Notes under the pieces: generated by a model
Databases searched by the model: none
The model's input: the letters and a program-made list of their open reading frames with translations, nothing else
Told to the model about the DNA's origin: nothing
In this document: positions 9,624-20,031 of the stretch, in pieces
Position numbering within the stretch: the first letter of the stretch is position 1
Layout of the letters: every line of letters begins with the position of its first letter
Made by a program: the position numbers and the translations under genes
Assembly (NCBI GenBank): GCA_028691975.1
Contig: JAQUYF010000004.1
Location: 53 to 64,052 of the forward strand
DNA: 64,000 bases
Direction: 5' to 3'
Source of the DNA: Bacteroidales bacterium
GTDB taxonomy: Bacteria; Bacteroidota; Bacteroidia; Bacteroidales; UBA932

Positions 9624-10579
9624 ATAGAGTTCAGATATTGAAAGATCTTAAAAGGAGGTGCATCTTTGTAGATCACCTCTTTTTCTTTGTTTAGCAGGTA
9701 TAAAGAGGGAATCGCCCTAATGTAGTAAATTGTTTTTGAGTTCAGGACTTGCTCCTGGTCGAACCCGTTAATCCATGTGTCCGGATAATTGGGTAGATAG
9801 TCATACCAAGCCGTAAGATCTTCATCAGGATAAATATTTATGACAGCAAGTCTCTTTTGTTCAATAAGCTGCTGAATCTTTTGTGATTTGGACAGTTGCT
9901 CAATTATCTCTTTGCAGTTTTCACAGTCCGGATTGCTGAAGAATAGCAGTATGTACTCAGACTTTGTGTCGTACAGTTGTCCGGTTCTGCCGTTTTTCAA
10001 TGTATAGGTGAAATTTGCCGCCTTATGCTCCAATCTGTTGAGAGAACAGAGGGAAAGCAGGTACAGAGATCTGGTTTTTTCATCATCCGATACGATGGAC
10101 GTGCTACCCATTTTTTCCAAAACAGGGATGTAGCACTCTTCATTTCTATATGGGGAATTGGGATCGAACAGATATTTTTCAGAAAGTGAAATTATCTTAT
10201 CCCAAATAATACTTTCAGGATGAGCAATTTCTATTCTTTCAGCCTTTGTGAGAAGTGAATCCTGTGCAATTTTGATTGTTTCAGGAGAGGTCACTTCAAG
10301 CAGAGAGATATAAGTGGTAAAAGCTTTTGTGAAAGAATCTTTCCCAACTCCCCCGACAAGCAGAGTGTCTCGACAGCTTTTTTGTGCAAGCACAAAGTAA
10401 TCATTCCAAAAATGCTTTACGGCATATTCGGATTTTTGTGCTTCATTAGAGATCATCGCCGGCACCTGTGTAAACGGGAATGGTTGAGCAGTAACCTTCT
10501 CTGCTTTTTTAGAATTAGAAGTCGATTGGCAGGCAGAAAGAAAAAGAATACCGATCAGTAAAATATAGATGTTTCGCAT
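9620..10579 (-). CDS. Thioredoxin-fold lipoprotein (DUF5106/TlpA-like)
   Basis: Lipobox LFLSAC. The C-terminal region has CXXC (NPDCENC) in a thioredoxin-like context. Confidence 0.65.
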   Translation of the reverse strand: MRNIYILLIGILFLSACQSTSNSKKAEKVTAQPFPFTQVPAMISNEAQKSEYAVKHFWNDYFVLAQKSCRDTLLVGGVGKDSFTKAFTTYISLLEVTSPETIKIAQDSLLTKAERIEIAHPESIIWDKIISLSEKYLFDPNSPYRNEECYIPVLEKMGSTSIVSDDEKTRSLYLLSLCSLNRLEHKAANFTYTLKNGRTGQLYDTKSEYILLFFSNPDCENCKEIIEQLSKSQKIQQLIEQKRLAVINIYPDEDLTAWYDYLPNYPDTWINGFDQEQVLNSKTIYYIRAIPSLYLLNKEKEVIYKDAPPFKIFQYLNSI

Positions 10580-10599
10580 GCTTTTAGGATCATTTCCTG

Positions 10600-10607
10600 C
10601 AAAGGTA
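10600..10607 (-). promoter_or_regulatory. -7 promoter box TACCTTTG for the thioredoxin-fold lipoprotein gene
   Basis: Perfect TAnnTTTG on the minus strand, 20 nt upstream of ATG 10579. Confidence 0.5.
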
Positions 10608-10736
10608 ATTATTTTATGTCATTTTGTCAGAGATACTATGTTGGCATTTATTTTGCCTTTTCAACAACGAGTTTGGAAAACAAATTCAATAAAAGATAAA
10701 TAAATATAAAAATAACAATTAAAAAAATTACTCAAA

Positions 10737-12667
<1,931 letters not shown>

Positions 12668-12695
12668 CAGTACATTCTTAGAACAATATATTGAC

Positions 12696-12734
12696 AAATG
12701 TCCGGCTGAAAGCGATTTTAGTCGGACATTTTTT
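12696..12734 (+). terminator. Rho-independent terminator after groEL
   Basis: A 16-bp stem (AAATGTCCGGCTGAAA / TTTTAGTCGGACATTT, two G-U pairs) closes a GCGA tetraloop and runs into a T tract. Confidence 0.75.
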
Positions 12735-12744
12735 ATAAAAGCAC

Positions 12745-12752
12745 TACATTTG
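12745..12752 (+). promoter_or_regulatory. -7 promoter box TACATTTG for tadA
   Basis: Perfect TAnnTTTG, 7 nt upstream of ATG 12760, which implies a very short or absent leader. Confidence 0.5.
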
Positions 12753-12759
12753 CAATGTT

Positions 12760-13191
12760 ATGGAAGAAAAATATATGAAAGAGGCACTACGTGAGGCGCA
12801 ATTGGCAGCTGATCAGGGGGAAGTTCCTATTGGAGCCGTTATGGAGTGTAAAGGGAAGATAATAGCTCGCGGACATAATCTGACGGAGACTCTTACTGAT
12901 CCCACAGCTCATGCAGAGATGCAACTTATAACTATGGCAACGGAGTGTCTTGGCGGAAAGTATCTTAATGACTGTACATTGTATGTCACCGTAGAGCCAT
13001 GTCCAATGTGTGCTGCTGCTCTCAACTGGGCACAATTGGGGACGCTGGTATATGGAGCCGCCGATCCGAAAAGAGGATATTCTCTTTTTTCTCCATCCTT
13101 GTTACATCCTAAGACTGAGGTGATATCCGGAGTTATGGCTACTCAGTGCGGCGAAATAGTATCAACATTCTTTAAAAATAAGCGTTCGTAA
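12760..13191 (+). CDS. tadA: tRNA adenosine(34) deaminase
   Basis: CMP/dCMP deaminase zinc motifs HAEM and PCPMC. At 143 aa the length fits. Confidence 0.93.
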   Translation: MEEKYMKEALREAQLAADQGEVPIGAVMECKGKIIARGHNLTETLTDPTAHAEMQLITMATECLGGKYLNDCTLYVTVEPCPMCAAALNWAQLGTLVYGAADPKRGYSLFSPSLLHPKTEVISGVMATQCGEIVSTFFKNKRS

Positions 13192-13194
13192 AAG

Positions 13195-13659
13195 ATGGAG
13201 TGGCTGGAAGGATTAGGTCTCTTAGGTTTGTTTATCGGTACCTTTTTGGCGGCGACTGTCGTTCCTTTCAGTTCTGATGTACTCTTTATCGGGATATTGC
13301 TGACAGGTGTAAATCCGTGGACGGTTATGATTGTTGGCACTTTGGGCAATTGGCTGGGAGGGTTGACCTCCTATGCCGTCGGATATATCGGCAAATGGGA
13401 ATGGATTGAGAAGTGGTTTAGAATCAAGCCGGAGACGCTTGAAAAACACAAAAAGAAGATAGATAAGTGGGGCCCTCCGCTGGCTCTGCTGAGTTGGCTT
13501 CCGTTTGTTGGAGATGTCTTTTCCATAGGGCTCGGTTTTTATAAAGTCAATTTTTGGAAATGTGCTGCATATATGTTGATCGGTAAGGGAGTAAGATTTA
13601 CCTTTTGGGTACTGCTATTTCTGCAATACGGTGAGTCAGTGAAAGAATTTTTGTTCTGA
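13195..13659 (+). CDS. YqaA/DedA-like small membrane protein
   Basis: A 154-aa protein with 4 predicted TM segments and the VPFSSDVL motif typical of the YqaA/SNARE-associated family. Confidence 0.65.
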   Translation: MEWLEGLGLLGLFIGTFLAATVVPFSSDVLFIGILLTGVNPWTVMIVGTLGNWLGGLTSYAVGYIGKWEWIEKWFRIKPETLEKHKKKIDKWGPPLALLSWLPFVGDVFSIGLGFYKVNFWKCAAYMLIGKGVRFTFWVLLFLQYGESVKEFLF

Positions 13660-13685
13660 GTTTGCTTTGTTTATCAAAATGTTTG

Positions 13686-13693
13686 TATCTTTG
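13686..13693 (+). promoter_or_regulatory. -7 promoter box TATCTTTG for tRNA-Gln
   Basis: Perfect TAnnTTTG, 11 nt upstream of the tRNA 5' end. TTTG elements sit at 13661 and 13666. Confidence 0.6.
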
Positions 13694-13704
13694 CGCACCA
13701 AAAT

Positions 13705-13775
13705 TGAGATATGGTGTAATGGCAGCACTACTGATTTTGGTTCAGTCAGCCCAGGTTCGAGTCCTGGTATCTCAA
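13705..13775 (+). tRNA. tRNA-Gln (anticodon UUG)
   Basis: Cloverleaf folded by hand: acceptor TGAGATA/TATCTCA, anticodon stem ACTGA/TCAGT with loop TTTTGGT (anticodon TTG), T arm CCAGG-TTCGAGT-CCTGG. No CCA is encoded. Confidence 0.9.
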
Positions 13776-13902
13776 CAATTTAACACTAAAACACTTTATT
13801 TTGGAACCTCCGAGTTGTCAATTTAATTCTATTCAAGAGAGCACTTCTGATGAGCCTCTCCCGTCGTGTTGCGGTGTAATCCTTAAGAGTATAACATATA
13901 AG

Positions 13903-13937
13903 ACCTCTGCCATAATCGGGCGGAAGGTTGTTTTTTT
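13903..13937 (+). terminator. Rho-independent terminator-like hairpin 18 nt upstream of the PPTase start codon
   Basis: Stem ACCTCTGCC / GGCGG(A)AGGT (9 bp, one bulge), a 7-nt loop, then TGTTTTTTT. Confidence 0.6.
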
Positions 13938-13955
13938 GTATAATTTATAACAGAA

Positions 13956-14591
13956 ATGGCACTTTATCTTAAAAAAGAACTTGACAATGATGCGAAGATT
14001 TATGTTTGGGAAATAGCAGAAACCGAAGATCAATTATTAAAACTTTCTTCCGTTCCAAGCGATGAATTGGAGGAGATTAATCTTCTGAAAAGTGAGGCTC
14101 GTAGAAAAGAAAAGTTGGCAGTCAGGGCTCTTTTAGATGAGATTTTCGATGAAAAAGTATATTTGGGACACCATGATAACGGGCGCCCTTTCCTCGAGAA
14201 TTCACTGACAGAAATCAGTATTTCCCATACAAGTCGTTTTGTGGCAATCATCATCCACAAAGATGAAGACCTTGGCATTGACATAGAGTCTCTTGACAGG
14301 GACTTCTCTGCCGTTGAGAAAAAGGCTCTTTCTGAAGATGAAATAGACGATCTTTCCGAACGGAAAAAAACTCTTCAATTAGCCATTTACTGGTGTGCGA
14401 AAGAGGCCATATACAAGAGAATGTCCATTTCAGGAGTTGACTTTGCGGAGCAGATTGAAATTGAAAAGTTCAATCCGCATGACGAAGGTGAATTGGAAGC
14501 CACTTTTATTCATAAAGACGGTACGGAGATAGACTTCGATCTGGAATACATGGTGTTCGACAACCATGTAATGGTTTGGGTAGTAGGGTAA
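13956..14591 (+). CDS. 4'-phosphopantetheinyl transferase (Sfp-type)
   Basis: PPTase motifs GRPFL, ISISHT, GIDIE and WCAKEAIYK. Confidence 0.85.
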   Translation: MALYLKKELDNDAKIYVWEIAETEDQLLKLSSVPSDELEEINLLKSEARRKEKLAVRALLDEIFDEKVYLGHHDNGRPFLENSLTEISISHTSRFVAIIIHKDEDLGIDIESLDRDFSAVEKKALSEDEIDDLSERKKTLQLAIYWCAKEAIYKRMSISGVDFAEQIEIEKFNPHDEGELEATFIHKDGTEIDFDLEYMVFDNHVMVWVVG

Positions 14592-14593
14592 TA

Positions 14594-15484
14594 CTAATCA
14601 AGAGAGATGTATTTCTTTTCGATTAGATAGACAGGATTGTAGGAAAGTTTTGCCTGACGCAAGCCATCATCTCCCGCATCGTCTTCGCGGTTAACATACT
14701 TGTACGTAGAAGCCTGTGCTTTTATAAACTCCCTGTTTATCATGGGATAAGCACCGTCTATGCGGGCAAAGGCTTTTTCAACGTGTATGAGGAATGTGTT
14801 ACTGTTGAGCTTTTCCCCAAGAGTAAAGGCAACGATTTCACCGGCAACTCTTATCAAGCCGCCCTTAAGATTCAAAGATTCAAAATTACGTAATGCTCTG
14901 CGCGTTGCACAAGCCTCGCTTTGCTTAGAAAGGTTGTGAATGCAATAATTCTCCTTGCACCACTGTTCATTCATCAGGTAGCACTCCTCCACATTTTCTG
15001 GTGTCACATCTTCATATATCCACTCATATTGTGACAGGAAGTGTTTGATATGATTGCGCTTAGGCTGATATTTTTTTCCCTTGAGAGAAATAAGATCATC
15101 AGAGAGATAGATATAGTCAAAAGAATTACGATCAGGAGTGGGCTCCTCATGCAGAAAAGCTTGTATCATCGGGAGTGTATCTTCCGTTATGCCGGTGATT
15201 GTTACCTTTTTTGACATGGATGCCCCTTCTTTTCTGATATTATCGAAAAAGTAAGCCAATTCCTTTTCGGAAAAATGACCTGCCGGTACAGAATAAAACA
15301 GTTCATTGGGCGATTCGCTGCGAACTATGAGCATATCATTGTATCGGGCAATCAAGCTATTGTAAAGGTTTGCCCAAATATAAAGTGTAGTAAAGCAATA
15401 TTCTGCACCTTGGTACTCAGACATTAGAAGGAGGGAGTCTATCCATTTTCTGTCAGAAAGTTCAATATTTTTATATGAAAACAT
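14594..15484 (-). CDS. DUF2156 (LPG-synthase C-terminal-like, FemABX/GNAT double fold) protein, stand-alone and cytosolic
   Basis: A 296-aa protein with no TM segments. The N-terminal pattern (LSDRKWID...YCFTTLYIWANLY) resembles the stand-alone DUF2156 family. It lies 15 nt downstream of the lipoprotein gene. Confidence 0.6.
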   Translation of the reverse strand: MFSYKNIELSDRKWIDSLLLMSEYQGAEYCFTTLYIWANLYNSLIARYNDMLIVRSESPNELFYSVPAGHFSEKELAYFFDNIRKEGASMSKKVTITGITEDTLPMIQAFLHEEPTPDRNSFDYIYLSDDLISLKGKKYQPKRNHIKHFLSQYEWIYEDVTPENVEECYLMNEQWCKENYCIHNLSKQSEACATRRALRNFESLNLKGGLIRVAGEIVAFTLGEKLNSNTFLIHVEKAFARIDGAYPMINREFIKAQASTYKYVNREDDAGDDGLRQAKLSYNPVYLIEKKYISLD

Positions 15485-15499
15485 GGTAATATCTTTACA

Positions 15500-16924
15500 T
15501 TACAATTTTGAAAAATCAACAATAATTTCAGCATTTATCCTTATTACCGTTTGCCCGCTGACTGTAACTTTTGTGAGATCTAATTTGCTTATGATTACAT
15601 CTTCGGTGGATTCAGCCTGCTTTCTTAAAAAATCTTCAATCAAATCAGGGTTTGTGGGCACATTTGGAGAGGTGAACCATTTACCTTTCCAGTCGGTTCT
15701 AAAAATATATTCTTCATTTTCAACAAAATAAATAGAGGCTCTTCCACTGTACATAGTCATGGTATTCCATACGGTATCCGTGGCTTTGCGATATTGGAAA
15801 ACTTTGGTCGGGGTAGCGGATACAGTACCCTTGTTTGATGAAATCATCTTCAGGGAAATGTCGTACCTTGTGTAATCAGGTTTAACGGAAACGGTAAAAG
15901 AAGCTGATTTGCCGTCAACAGGTGCTGTGATAACTTTCGCGGCATCGACCACAAAAGGTGATGCGTTAAAAGTATTAACAGAAGCTGTGACATTTGATTT
16001 GGCAGGAACAGTTATATTGCTTATCACGGCACTGTAAGGTACAGCTCCGCTGAGTTCCCCATTGGATATAATCACACCGTCATCAGTCACAACAGAATAT
16101 TCACCACCGAAAAAATAGTATTCTGATCCTGTAAAACTTAGCATGATATGGTTCACCTGAGTTGACTCGGCATACTTAACAACGGAAAAGAAAACTTCTG
16201 ACCTTGTAACAGAAACTTTTTTAGCCGGAGAAGAAAGCGTCCCGTCTGCAAGTACTTTGACAATGCCGTATTCTCCATATTCGTTGTTATGCATAGACGA
16301 GCAGTGAACATCTCCCGAATAACCCGTATAGCCGGCGGTATAGAGATAGCCATCGCCTGTCTGAATACACTTCAAATCGATAAAAGGAGTGATGATATTG
16401 TCAGAAGTATTCAAGACATTGAAGGGTAAAGACGGAGCAACATTAGGACTTACGGACGAGTTGTAATCCGAGAGATCAACGGCGTACAGAGTTACCTGAT
16501 TAACACCTTTAGAGGAGGTGTAAAACTTGTAGGGAAGCAGAATATAGTTGTCTGAAGATGAAACGGTGCCGGTGGTGAAAGTCATACTTTGTGGTGTGAC
16601 CGCGGGGTCAACGGCGGGATCAAGGTATAAATTATATTTCCCGGTAATTGTCGAGTACTCACCGGTTGTGTTTTTTTGTCCGGCAATATTGACAAGATTG
16701 CTCTGCGCGTCACCGACGATTTTAAAATTGACCGTAGAAGATTCAACCTTGCGGCCCTCTACATTATAAATGCCAACATCAATCTTTGTATCAAATTTGC
16801 GGGCACTGATCAATACGGCAGGTATCTCATTTCCATTTTCGTCAACAGGTGGATCAAACTTGATACAACCACTTACCAGTAAAGCAAAAGCAATAAACGT
16901 CAAATATTTAGCTATATGTTTCAT
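15500..16924 (-). CDS. Hypothetical lipoprotein, 474 aa, beta-rich
   Basis: Lipoprotein signal MKHIAKYLTFIAFALLVSGC. I recognise no catalytic motif. A -7 box lies upstream at 16983..16990. Confidence 0.6.
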   Translation of the reverse strand: MKHIAKYLTFIAFALLVSGCIKFDPPVDENGNEIPAVLISARKFDTKIDVGIYNVEGRKVESSTVNFKIVGDAQSNLVNIAGQKNTTGEYSTITGKYNLYLDPAVDPAVTPQSMTFTTGTVSSSDNYILLPYKFYTSSKGVNQVTLYAVDLSDYNSSVSPNVAPSLPFNVLNTSDNIITPFIDLKCIQTGDGYLYTAGYTGYSGDVHCSSMHNNEYGEYGIVKVLADGTLSSPAKKVSVTRSEVFFSVVKYAESTQVNHIMLSFTGSEYYFFGGEYSVVTDDGVIISNGELSGAVPYSAVISNITVPAKSNVTASVNTFNASPFVVDAAKVITAPVDGKSASFTVSVKPDYTRYDISLKMISSNKGTVSATPTKVFQYRKATDTVWNTMTMYSGRASIYFVENEEYIFRTDWKGKWFTSPNVPTNPDLIEDFLRKQAESTEDVIISKLDLTKVTVSGQTVIRINAEIIVDFSKL

Positions 16925-16982
16925 TGTGTTAATAATAGAGTAGGAGTTAAATCCTGATATATCATTGATAAAGGTCAAAAGG

Positions 16983-16990
16983 CAAAAGTA
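16983..16990 (-). promoter_or_regulatory. -7 promoter box TACTTTTG for the lipoprotein/DUF2156 operon
   Basis: Perfect TAnnTTTG on the minus strand in the divergent spacer shared with tyrS. Confidence 0.5.
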
Positions 16991-17020
16991 AATAAAAAAC
17001 AGTTATTATTGAAATATTCC

Positions 17021-17028
17021 TAATTTTG
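17021..17028 (+). promoter_or_regulatory. -7 promoter box TAATTTTG for tyrS
   Basis: Perfect TAnnTTTG, 24 nt upstream of ATG 17053. Confidence 0.55.
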
Positions 17029-17052
17029 CGGATTATTTCAATAAATCAGTAA

Positions 17053-18342
17053 ATGAAGAATTTTGTAAAAGAATTAGAATGGAGAGGCATGATTCATGAT
17101 GTTATGCCGGGAACTGAAGAGCAATTAATGAAAGAGCCTGTGACCGCTTATGTCGGGATTGATCCGACTGCGGATTCTCTTCATATTGGACATCTTGTCA
17201 GCATAATGATGCTAAAGCATTTTCAGAATTGCGGGCATAGACCGGTTTCATTACTTGGTGGAGCAACAGGGATGATTGGAGACCCTTCTATGAAGTCTGC
17301 AGAACGTAATTTACTGGATGAAGAGACGTTGCGTCATAATCAGGAGTGTATCAAAAAGCAGCTCTCACGCTTTTTGGATTTTGACAGTGGCAAACCCAAT
17401 GCTGCATTACTTGTAAATAACTATGACTGGATGAAAGATTATTCTTTCCTTGACTTTATTCGCGATATAGGAAAGCATCTTACCGTCAATTATATGATGA
17501 GCAAGGATTCAGTAAAAAAGAGGCTATCCGGAGAGGAACGCGAAGGCATGTCGTTTACTGAATTTTCATACCAGTTGGTTCAGGGATATGATTTCTTGTG
17601 GCTATATGAGCATATGGGATGTAAATTGCAGATGGGAGGAAGTGACCAATGGGGCAATATTACCACAGGTACTGAGTTGATTCGTAGAAAATTAGGCGGA
17701 GAGGCGTTTGCCCTTACATGTCCTTTGATCACGAAGGCGGATGGCGGCAAATTCGGTAAGACAGAAAAAGGCAATGTCTGGTTGGATGCCCGATATACAT
17801 CTCCATATACTTTCTACCAATTTTGGCTGAATGTCAGCGACGAAGATGCCCGTAAGTATATCAAGATATTTACGATGCTTTCAAAAGAAGAGATTGATGC
17901 GGTGATTGAGGGGCATGAACAGGCTCCACACTTACGCGTACTGCAAAAACTGCTTGCAAAAGAGATTACCGTTATGGTTCATGGTGAAGAGGAATATAAA
18001 AAGGCTGTCGATGCGTCAGGCATTCTGTTTGGTAACTCTACTTCAGATGTTTTGAAAAAGCTTGATGAAGCGACCTTCCTTTCAGTATTTGACGGAGTTC
18101 CTCAATTCAATTTAAGTAGGACGGATCTGCCTTGCGACATTCTTGAGATGCTTGCTGTCAAAACTTCTGTTTTCCCGTCAAAAGGGGAGTGCCGCAAGTT
18201 GATTCAGGGAGGAGGATTAAGCATCAATAAAGATAAGTTTACGGATGTTGCAGGACAATTGAGTTCAGATTATTTGCTTGACGGCAAATATATTCTGGTT
18301 CAGAAAGGGAAGAAGAATTATTACATTCTCAAGGTTGAATAA
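17053..18342 (+). CDS. tyrS: Tyrosine--tRNA ligase
   Basis: Class I motifs HIGH (SLHIGHL) and KMSKS-like KFGKT, with a C-terminal S4-like domain. Confidence 0.96.
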   Translation: MKNFVKELEWRGMIHDVMPGTEEQLMKEPVTAYVGIDPTADSLHIGHLVSIMMLKHFQNCGHRPVSLLGGATGMIGDPSMKSAERNLLDEETLRHNQECIKKQLSRFLDFDSGKPNAALLVNNYDWMKDYSFLDFIRDIGKHLTVNYMMSKDSVKKRLSGEEREGMSFTEFSYQLVQGYDFLWLYEHMGCKLQMGGSDQWGNITTGTELIRRKLGGEAFALTCPLITKADGGKFGKTEKGNVWLDARYTSPYTFYQFWLNVSDEDARKYIKIFTMLSKEEIDAVIEGHEQAPHLRVLQKLLAKEITVMVHGEEEYKKAVDASGILFGNSTSDVLKKLDEATFLSVFDGVPQFNLSRTDLPCDILEMLAVKTSVFPSKGECRKLIQGGGLSINKDKFTDVAGQLSSDYLLDGKYILVQKGKKNYYILKVE

Positions 18343-18343
18343 T

Positions 18344-18688
18344 ATGGAAAACGAAAGTACGAGGCAACTCAAAGTTGCAAAGCAGATTCAGCGAGATCTG
18401 GCTGAAATCATCCGGTCAAAGGGCATGGCCACTTTTGATGGAGCGATGGTTACCGTTAGCGGTGTCAGGATGAGCCCCGATTTGTCGTTGGCCAAAGTCT
18501 ATGTAAGCATATTCCCTTCAGAAAAAGTGAAAGGAGTAATGGAAATAATCGAAAATGCCAACAAACAGCTGCGGGGAGAGCTTGGGCATTTGGTTGCAAA
18601 GCAGTTGAGAATAGTTCCCGAACTTGCTTTTTTTGTTGATGATTCGCTCGACTATGTAGAGCATATAGATGAGTTGCTTAAGAAATGA
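18344..18688 (+). CDS. rbfA: Ribosome-binding factor A
   Basis: A 114-aa protein from the internal ATG. It contains RQLKVAKQIQRDLAEII and LRIVPEL.F..D. Confidence 0.9.
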   Translation: MENESTRQLKVAKQIQRDLAEIIRSKGMATFDGAMVTVSGVRMSPDLSLAKVYVSIFPSEKVKGVMEIIENANKQLRGELGHLVAKQLRIVPELAFFVDDSLDYVEHIDELLKK

Positions 18689-19905
18689 ATCTATCCAACT
18701 TCATAGCGAAAAGATACCTGTTCGCAAAGAAGTCGCACAATGTAATAAATATTATTTCTATTATATCTGCTGCGGGCATTGCAATCGGCTGTGCCGCTTT
18801 GGTAATAATACTTTCGGTCTATAATGGCTTTGACTCTATCGTCAGGTCTCTTTATAATTCCTATACGCCGGATTTGCTGATAACCCCTGCTGAGGGTAAG
18901 GTTTTTTCTCCCGAAGGGGACGTTTTTGATTCCGTCAGGAAAGACAAAGATGTACTCTCATTTTGTGAAGTTTTGGAGGAAAATGTGTTTCTGATGTATG
19001 GAGAACGCTCTACAGTTGCCACGGCAAAGGGTGTGGACAGCACATACGAGGAGGCATCCAAGTTAAAAGATTATTTGATTGAAGGTGAGTTTGACTTGAA
19101 GTATGGAACCATGAATCAAGTCGTAATAGGTCGTACCTTAGCATTGGAGTTGGGACTGCGAGCTACATTTCTGACGCCACTTGAGGTCTATTTTCCGTCA
19201 AGGAGCACTGAAATATCCCTGCTTAACCCGATGGAGTCTCTACACAAGGAAAGACTTTATCCGTCCGGAGTGATTTCTCTGGAACAGAATTTTGATAAAA
19301 AATATATATTCATGCCGATTGAAGCACTTGAGGATCTACTGGAGTACGATGGACAGGTCTCTTCTGTGGAAATATATCTTCAGCCGAATGCTTTGTCGAG
19401 AAAAGGCTTGGCAACGAAGAACTTTCAGCGAAAAATCGCCAAAATGCTCGGTGACAAATATGTTGTAAAAAATAAACAGGAGCAAAATGAACAGGTATAT
19501 AAACTGCTTTCTTATGAAAAAATAGCGATCTACGCAATATTGCTGTTTGTTATGGTTATTATCTCTTGCAATATATTCAGTTCACTTTCAATGCTTATTA
19601 TTGAGAAGAAAGATGATATTGGGACGCTTCGATCTCTTGGGGCTGAAGATTCTCTGATTAAGAAGGTTTTTGTAACGGAGGGGTGGCTCATCTCTCTGTG
19701 TGGGATTGTTGCGGGAATCTTGACAGGTATTGTGGTATGTGTATTGCAGCAAAAATTGGGAATAGTAAAAATGCCCGGTAATTTTATCATCACTGACTAT
19801 CCCGTAAAAATGCAATTGTCAGATATATTGATTATTATATTGGGGGTTGGAATGATAGGGTACTGTACAGCAATAATTACGAAGGTATTAAATTATACAA
19901 AATGA
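18685..19905 (+). CDS. FtsX-like ABC transporter permease (LolC/E family)
   Basis: N-terminal TM segment, a large periplasmic domain and three C-terminal TM segments with the FtsX pattern. Its start overlaps the rbfA stop (ATGA). Confidence 0.85.
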   Translation: MNLSNFIAKRYLFAKKSHNVINIISIISAAGIAIGCAALVIILSVYNGFDSIVRSLYNSYTPDLLITPAEGKVFSPEGDVFDSVRKDKDVLSFCEVLEENVFLMYGERSTVATAKGVDSTYEEASKLKDYLIEGEFDLKYGTMNQVVIGRTLALELGLRATFLTPLEVYFPSRSTEISLLNPMESLHKERLYPSGVISLEQNFDKKYIFMPIEALEDLLEYDGQVSSVEIYLQPNALSRKGLATKNFQRKIAKMLGDKYVVKNKQEQNEQVYKLLSYEKIAIYAILLFVMVIISCNIFSSLSMLIIEKKDDIGTLRSLGAEDSLIKKVFVTEGWLISLCGIVAGILTGIVVCVLQQKLGIVKMPGNFIITDYPVKMQLSDILIIILGVGMIGYCTAIITKVLNYTK

Positions 19906-20016
19906 AAAAGAGGCCGTTCCTCTGCAAGAAACCAGCCTCTCTATGTACTAAAACCTAAACCTATAACATAGATGCAGGTTGATTTGAAAACGTTGCATAG
20001 AATTTTAGAAAAAGAT

Positions 20017-20024
20017 TAATTTTG
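20017..20024 (+). promoter_or_regulatory. -7 promoter box TAATTTTG for the suf operon
   Basis: Perfect TAnnTTTG, only 7 nt upstream of the sufB ATG at 20032, so the mRNA would be leaderless or nearly so. Confidence 0.55.
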
Positions 20025-20031
20025 CAGTCCG

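Noticed and set aside
10580-10736. Looked for a CIRCE (TTAGCACTC-N9-GAGTGCTAA) heat-shock operator upstream of groES
   Set aside because: No such inverted repeat is present. Only an imperfect -7-like box (TATTTTG) was seen, so no regulatory feature is claimed on the groES side.
13847-13854. CTGATGAG, the hammerhead ribozyme core octamer, in the tRNA-Gln/PPTase spacer
   Set aside because: No downstream CGAAA/GAAA core and no three-stem junction can be drawn. An 8-mer is expected about twice by chance on both strands of 64 kb.
19908-19925. Small hairpin AGAGG-CCGTT-CCTCT after the FtsX-like gene, as a possible terminator
   Set aside because: It has only 5 bp and no following T-tract, which is too weak to call.
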